The notes under the pieces were generated by a model. It was not told the origin of the DNA, did no database searches, and saw only the letters and a program-made list of their open reading frames with translations. From Bacteroidota bacterium (GTDB taxonomy: Bacteria > Bacteroidota > Bacteroidia > JABEUT01), in assembly GCA_021823405.1 (NCBI GenBank), contig JAKAOA010000004.1:1-53914 (forward strand): a DNA stretch of 53,914 nt, read 5' to 3'. Below, one piece after another: positions 49,501 through 53,914 of this stretch. Each line of letters begins with the position of its first letter. Positions within the stretch are counted from its first letter, which is position 1. Made by a program: the position numbers and the translations under genes.

Positions 49501-50137
49501 AATTCTAACTGATCTGGTTGTAAAAGCTGTAGAGTCGCCATTTAAAGACCTTGCAAAACTTTTTAAAAAGGACCCAAATGACATGAAGTATATTGATATT
49601 GAATACTTACACGATAATTTAACCGACAAACAACAATCGAAACTTGACGACATACATGAAGTTCTGAAAAAGAAAAAAGAAATGAACGTGGAGATTGTTC
49701 AAGTAACCGATAGCGATGCCGAGGCAGACGATCTTGCCATTGCAACGGCAAAAGCCATGTATTACCATGATACCAAACACATTGTAAATGATTCTTTACT
49801 TACACACCGGCAGCGGCGCAAGGAAAAGAAAAATGAATTGAAAATATCCTCACAAGATACTCTGTTCAACAATTATCTTAATAAAAAATTGCATCTTACA
49901 GGCAACGAATTGATAGAAGTGCAGGACAAATGCAGAATGTTGGTGGGTGAAAAAATTGTGGAAGGTAAAGTTCATGAATTAATTGAAAAGCGCAATAGTG
50001 CAGTATCTGAATATATGACCCAAAAAAAAGGGTTAGCGCCTGAACGCGTAAAAGTATCGACATCCAAAGATTCCATTAAGATTCAGAATCTTGTACAACC
50101 CGATTTTGAGATAAATTATAATACAGGTGATAAGTAG
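46565..50137 (+). CDS. DUF748/AsmA-like protein with an internal 430-aa duplication
   Basis: N-terminal anchor, NKFSFDDII / NKFNYDDIL repeats, C-terminal LPVRFAVSLLKN...INLQIPASGNLDDP motif. Confidence 0.82.
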   Translation: MKKIIRYLLVLLILITAIIAVLYLSLSSIVRYEIKKNSVAWTGRKIDINKLNLDLRHGIIDMRDVKIYEAGSDSLFVDCKDIYVKMNLRQLLKKRYEINCIKIDSSVIHIEQSGNKFSFDDIIKRFSSDKKDTAKSPVVQYYIDSIAIRDGAIVYNNLPIHNIFRINDLNLNIPEFDWDKPESKLHLDFKYGKDGGLFTFDLDANRKTLNYNLSLFIDKYDISQYYAPIKTILNIASVSGKLTAKLRIHGKFNEPEDMSFHGYLDLNNVELTDLYSRRFFAVRELSLDVDSVDPRHNHFDVNHFILDDPSVVYEANKEGSNFSNLIRRNNEVAKSQPVEDKGKGKIDYSNIFTMIQSSAKAMAIDFLHTNYHADSIAIRNGTVIINDNTANNKFHYSITRFNLVTSEINDLNEGVLFHASAKLGDSGRFIMKANLNFNPKTKKIETKVDSLKFLNISPIANYILKEYSMKLIGRKVTVGRVNLIVSRGGIFIKDLKIYEPDGKTLFFACHYVFVKIDISQLLENKYQIEKIKIDKPKLHIVQNGNKFNYDDILQRFASDSSKKNDTTRSFVFHYSVDSIMIDGATVAYTNIPMHRTLMITDLNFLLPQISWNNSLLLPHLDFRFGANGNVNLNMDINRNTSRYHSSLNINDIDLSQYYAPLKKYLNITSLKGTLSASLRLHGKLKNPAYFATSGSVEIKNLGITDTANRKVFGLGELKINIDTINVKDKMYYVRNITLRKPFMVFDYYTEGNNLSNMILNNQSASPSKGGNASGPDYSNIFTLLTSSLNMLAGDFFNTDFHTDSLLIEKGEVIYSDYTLKRDFHYDISDLNLSTDEISNSNNSISFKTSARLNNSGTFKLQANIGFHLKNMLFDYDVSNLRLTDINPYMEYYTGVPFVEGYLDYHSTDSVVNRYLKSNNQIHIKGIEMGKKLDDNPQYHLPVRFAVSLLKNDKDDINLQIPASGNLDDPNYKIGRLVGRILTDLVVKAVESPFKDLAKLFKKDPNDMKYIDIEYLHDNLTDKQQSKLDDIHEVLKKKKEMNVEIVQVTDSDAEADDLAIATAKAMYYHDTKHIVNDSLLTHRQRRKEKKNELKISSQDTLFNNYLNKKLHLTGNELIEVQDKCRMLVGEKIVEGKVHELIEKRNSAVSEYMTQKKGLAPERVKVSTSKDSIKIQNLVQPDFEINYNTGDK

Positions 50138-50186
50138 ACAATCATTATATCGTCAGAAGAATACAATCTTTATAATACCTGAATTT

Positions 50187-51851
50187 TCAATGTACCGGAG
50201 GGCTTCTTACAAAGAAAACAAAACCATTTTTGCTGTATAATTTATTTAAGGAGGGATACTCTTTCAGGTATTCATCAGCCGATGTAATTTTAGAAGAAAA
50301 ATAGGCGGGTTTGTCTATATTGCCGTCAAGAAGCCACCCTTCATCGTCTCCCTTCGGGTTATGTAACGGCTGTTCGCGGGAGTAAAAGTACTGGACATAA
50401 CTCTTATACCCAAGAGTAGCAACGTAAACATCTTTATTTTGCAGATTCTCATAAAATTCGACAGCCGCTTCCTGTGTGTATTGCTCAATTTTAGGAGTTA
50501 TGAGTACCATAAATGAGAATGTCGTAACGATCGTTGACCCAAATAGCGTCAGCGTTGCGGCTTTATAATTCGACTTCCGAAAGAGCAATAGCGCCGTCGT
50601 AACGGAAGAGATAAAGAATAAACCGACGAGGCAATACCAATAGGACCAATGCACTTCAGCTTGAAGATTAGCCGCTACAAATGGGTCCTTTATTATCCCG
50701 GAAGAAAGGATATAGTTAAGATTCATTCCGGCAACAGGCAGCGCAAAAATGGCAATACCGATGATGAAGCCGATAATGCCTAACCCCCATCCCATCCACC
50801 TATTCCAGGATAAGTGCCCGGAGATAAACCGGTATAGAACAAGAGCAGCAAAATATGATAAAGGATAATAACATAACGAGGAATAATGGATTATCTTGGT
50901 CTTAACCAATGAGAACATTATTAGCACAACCCAGAAAAGGACACGCATCCAACTACTGACTGTCTTTAGCTTCTCGTCATTTTGCGTCATACTGAATATA
51001 CCCCTGATGGCAAGAACAGACGCCGGGAAACAGCCAAAGAGAAGAACTACCAAGTGATAATAAAAAGGACCTCCATGACCGGAATCGCCGGTTTTTAGTA
51101 AACGTATTTGATATTGGATAAATTCCACTATAAGATTCCGGTGTCCTGTTAAAAATTCTAACAAAAACCACGAGCCGCCGGTACCGGTAAAAATCAGGAT
51201 AAACACAGCGCCATGTTTAATATTAAAAAATCTTGCTCCTTTATCCATTACCATATAAACAAGAGCAGAGATAAAAAAAATGAGAAAACCGACTGGTCCT
51301 TTTGTAAGTACCGCTAGTCCGATGCAGAGGGCAGATAAAGTAACCCACTTGTATGGACTAACTTTCGGAATGCCCTTTTGTCCTAGCGTATATCTGATGA
51401 AGAAATAAATTCCTGTAAAAATGAAAAAATTAAACCAAGGGTCAATAATCCCGGACTTAAAATAGAAGAAGGGTAGGAGGGAACCCATATAAGCCAACGC
51501 CCATAATATTCCGAAAGTTCTGTCTTTAAATATTTTGCCCGCATGATAAAGTAGAGGTAAAGCTGCCATTCCGCAAAGCGCATTCGGGAATCTCGCTGCA
51601 TAATCACATACTCCAAATATTTTCATACTTAACGCCTGCATCCAGATAAAAAGTGGCGGTTTCTCCCAAAAAGGAAGATAATTTATGGTAACCAGAAAAT
51701 ATTGCTTAGCAGTTAACATTTCGCGGGCGCATTCGGCAAAATTGATTTCATCCCAGTCGAAAAGATGTACTTTGCCCAGAAATGGCAGGAACAAAATCGC
51801 TCCGGTGATGAGCATCAGCCATGAAACAGGGTCAGTTTTCCGCTTTTTCAT
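50187..51851 (-). CDS. ArnT/PMT-like (GT-C) glycosyltransferase
   Basis: FDWDEINFAECAREM, EKPPLFIW, AARFP, LTKGPVG, many TM helices. Confidence 0.88.
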   Translation of the reverse strand: MKKRKTDPVSWLMLITGAILFLPFLGKVHLFDWDEINFAECAREMLTAKQYFLVTINYLPFWEKPPLFIWMQALSMKIFGVCDYAARFPNALCGMAALPLLYHAGKIFKDRTFGILWALAYMGSLLPFFYFKSGIIDPWFNFFIFTGIYFFIRYTLGQKGIPKVSPYKWVTLSALCIGLAVLTKGPVGFLIFFISALVYMVMDKGARFFNIKHGAVFILIFTGTGGSWFLLEFLTGHRNLIVEFIQYQIRLLKTGDSGHGGPFYYHLVVLLFGCFPASVLAIRGIFSMTQNDEKLKTVSSWMRVLFWVVLIMFSLVKTKIIHYSSLCYYPLSYFAALVLYRFISGHLSWNRWMGWGLGIIGFIIGIAIFALPVAGMNLNYILSSGIIKDPFVAANLQAEVHWSYWYCLVGLFFISSVTTALLLFRKSNYKAATLTLFGSTIVTTFSFMVLITPKIEQYTQEAAVEFYENLQNKDVYVATLGYKSYVQYFYSREQPLHNPKGDDEGWLLDGNIDKPAYFSSKITSADEYLKEYPSLNKLYSKNGFVFFVRSPPVH

Positions 51852-52491
51852 TCCCCTCTGCTCTTTTAACTTTAACCTTAAATTCATCATCCACTGTGGT
51901 AACCCCGCCAGATACCACGAATCTCATCATCTCGGATGAGGAAGCATTTATTGGTATTACATTATCCCTGTGAACGATGAGTAGCTTACCATTGAGCCCG
52001 TATGAAAAAGGCAGGTACACCGCTATCAAACCCGATTCGGCAGTTATACCCGTTAAATCTTCCTGTGTGATGAATCCAATTTGCCTGATGTTATTTATCT
52101 TATCTATCATTACAAACACCGGATGGTTAAATTTCTTTTTACTTCCCATAAAAGCGTTCATAAGGTCTTTCACTGATGAATACAATTGCCTTACGAGCGG
52201 TACTTTCTCAATGTCTTTTTCAAACCTTGAGTACATTGGAGTAAAAAGTATAGAAGATGATAACCTGCCGATAAGGTATATCAAAACTATACAGGCCGCA
52301 AGGATAATGAAAGGGTCAAGAAGGGGATGAACAATTCTTGGTATAAAGCCAAGAGTGGAACTTAGAAACTCCATTATCTTAACGATAACTAAAACAGTGA
52401 TAGCGAGAGGGGCGATAATGAGCAGACCTTCAACAAAATGTCCGATGAAGTTTTTAAAACCGTGCGATGAAAATAGCTTCTTTATGTCCAT
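51832..52491 (-). CDS. DUF502 domain membrane protein
   Basis: GLLIIAPLAIT, PLVRQLYSSVKD, IGFIT, VYLP, FVVSGG. Confidence 0.88.
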   Translation of the reverse strand: MDIKKLFSSHGFKNFIGHFVEGLLIIAPLAITVLVIVKIMEFLSSTLGFIPRIVHPLLDPFIILAACIVLIYLIGRLSSSILFTPMYSRFEKDIEKVPLVRQLYSSVKDLMNAFMGSKKKFNHPVFVMIDKINNIRQIGFITQEDLTGITAESGLIAVYLPFSYGLNGKLLIVHRDNVIPINASSSEMMRFVVSGGVTTVDDEFKVKVKRAEGNEKAEN

Positions 52492-53909
52492 ATTTTACCG
52501 GGGTTAAGTATGCCATTCGGGTCAAATACCGATTTAATCTGTTTCTGGATGGAGCGTGTGATGTCAGGGAAGACAACATCCATATATTCTTTTTGCACCC
52601 AACCTATACCGTGCTCGCCTGAAATTGTTCCGCCAAGTATATGACATAGTTTGAAAATTTCACGTATTGAATATTTAATTTTATTATTCCAATCTTCGTC
52701 ACTCACGCCTGTTTTAATAATATTAACATGCAGGTTGCCGTCGCCGGCATGTCCATAGCATACGGAATGGAATCCATGTTTTCTGCCTAATTCTTTTACT
52801 CCGGCAAGTAATTTAGGTAGTTCGGCGCGCGGTACCACAGTATCTTCTTCCTTGTAAACGGAATGCGATTTTACCACTTCACCGATACTTCTTCGCATCT
52901 TCCAGATGGAGTTTTTCTGTTCGGTAGTATCGGCAAACAGCGTTTCGCCTATTTTGAAATTTGCCAGCGTCTCCGTTATCTTTTCGCAGTCCTTAATAAG
53001 CGTATCGCGGTCGTTGCCATCCACTTCAATTAGCAAATGAGCTGCTGTTTCGTTTTTTGCGCTAATCTCCAGCAGTTGGCGGCTTACCGTTGATGTATCC
53101 ATATACTTCAATGCCCATTCTATTGCATCTTTTTCCATGAATTCAAGAGCAGAAGGGATTATGCCGGCGCGGAATATCGCGGTTACCGCCTCACATGCCT
53201 CTATTGCCGAGTAAAAGGGGACGAGCATAAGCATATCATACATTGGCAAAGGAAGAAGACGAAAAATAATCTTGGTGATAATACCTAACGTACCTTCGCT
53301 TCCTGTCATTAGTTGCGTAAGGTTATATCCGGTCGAATTTTTTAGCACGTTTGCTCCGGTCTGGATAATCTCGCCGGTAGGCAATACAACTTCCAAATTT
53401 AGCACATAGTCCTTCGTTACACCGTATTTTACAGCTTTTGGACCTCCAGAGTTTTCAGCAATGTTCCCTCCGAGGAAACAACTCCCTCGGCTTGCCGGAT
53501 CTGGCGGATAGAATAGTCCTTTTAGAGCGGCGGCATCACGAAACACCTGATTTATAACGCCCGGTTCCACAGTCGCTTGCAAGTTCCTTTCGTCTATGCT
53601 GATTATTTTATTAAATCTTTCCATCGATATAAGGATACCGCCATATACAGGTAAAGCTCCGCCGCTTAAGCCGGTTCCTGCACCGCGCGGTGTGACTGGT
53701 ATTTTTTCAGCGTTACAAACTTTTAGTACAGCTGAAATTTCTTCCGGGACGCGTGGTTTTATTACAACGTGGGGCGGGAAATTGAGGTCCTCGGTTTCAT
53801 CATGTCCGTAATTACACAGTGTTTCTTTATCAGTAAACACAAATTCCCCGCCGACTATCTCCTTCAGCGAATCAACGATTGCAGATGTAACATGCCTGAA
53901 TTCCATCAT
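52482..53909 (-). CDS. FAD-linked oxidase (GlcD / D-lactate dehydrogenase-like)
   Basis: PRGAGTGLSGG, YPPDPAS, GSEGTLG, GHAGDGNLH, GEHGIG, LNPGK. Confidence 0.92.
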   Translation of the reverse strand: MMEFRHVTSAIVDSLKEIVGGEFVFTDKETLCNYGHDETEDLNFPPHVVIKPRVPEEISAVLKVCNAEKIPVTPRGAGTGLSGGALPVYGGILISMERFNKIISIDERNLQATVEPGVINQVFRDAAALKGLFYPPDPASRGSCFLGGNIAENSGGPKAVKYGVTKDYVLNLEVVLPTGEIIQTGANVLKNSTGYNLTQLMTGSEGTLGIITKIIFRLLPLPMYDMLMLVPFYSAIEACEAVTAIFRAGIIPSALEFMEKDAIEWALKYMDTSTVSRQLLEISAKNETAAHLLIEVDGNDRDTLIKDCEKITETLANFKIGETLFADTTEQKNSIWKMRRSIGEVVKSHSVYKEEDTVVPRAELPKLLAGVKELGRKHGFHSVCYGHAGDGNLHVNIIKTGVSDEDWNNKIKYSIREIFKLCHILGGTISGEHGIGWVQKEYMDVVFPDITRSIQKQIKSVFDPNGILNPGKIWT

Positions 53910-53914
53910 CTGAT

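Overview
A 53.9-kb chromosomal segment of a Bacteroidota bacterium, judged from T9SS components and cargo, the porQ-cmk and ruvX-def gene order, and repeated TAnnTTTG promoter elements. Most of it is housekeeping and envelope genes: sucD, porQ, cmk, mdh, an isoaspartyl peptidase, dapD, ruvX, def, gmd-fcl, a TetR-TolC-HlyD-ABC efflux operon, small-type purL and several glycosyltransferases. It also holds three tRNA genes (Leu-TAG, Ala-GGC, Leu-CAA), four T9SS cargo genes, an ECF sigma factor paired with a beta-barrel anti-sigma, a four-gene nucleotide-sugar cluster and an internally duplicated DUF748/AsmA-like gene. The least explained signals are non-coding. (1) A canonical-looking XerC/D dif site lies at 8032-8059. 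(2) Two homologous promoter/leader elements 41 kb apart (1031 and 41908) share a 13-mer with that dif site, and each is followed by a short repeat-containing ORF. (3) A 64-bp hairpin tandem repeat sits upstream of a possibly 5'-decayed HEPN gene. (4) A CCGATAGCTATCGG palindrome family is dispersed in the window. (5) An 18-bp duplication of the tRNA-Leu(CAA) 3' end brackets a 1.1-kb integrase-free islet. All product names come from motif recognition by eye; no database searches were run.
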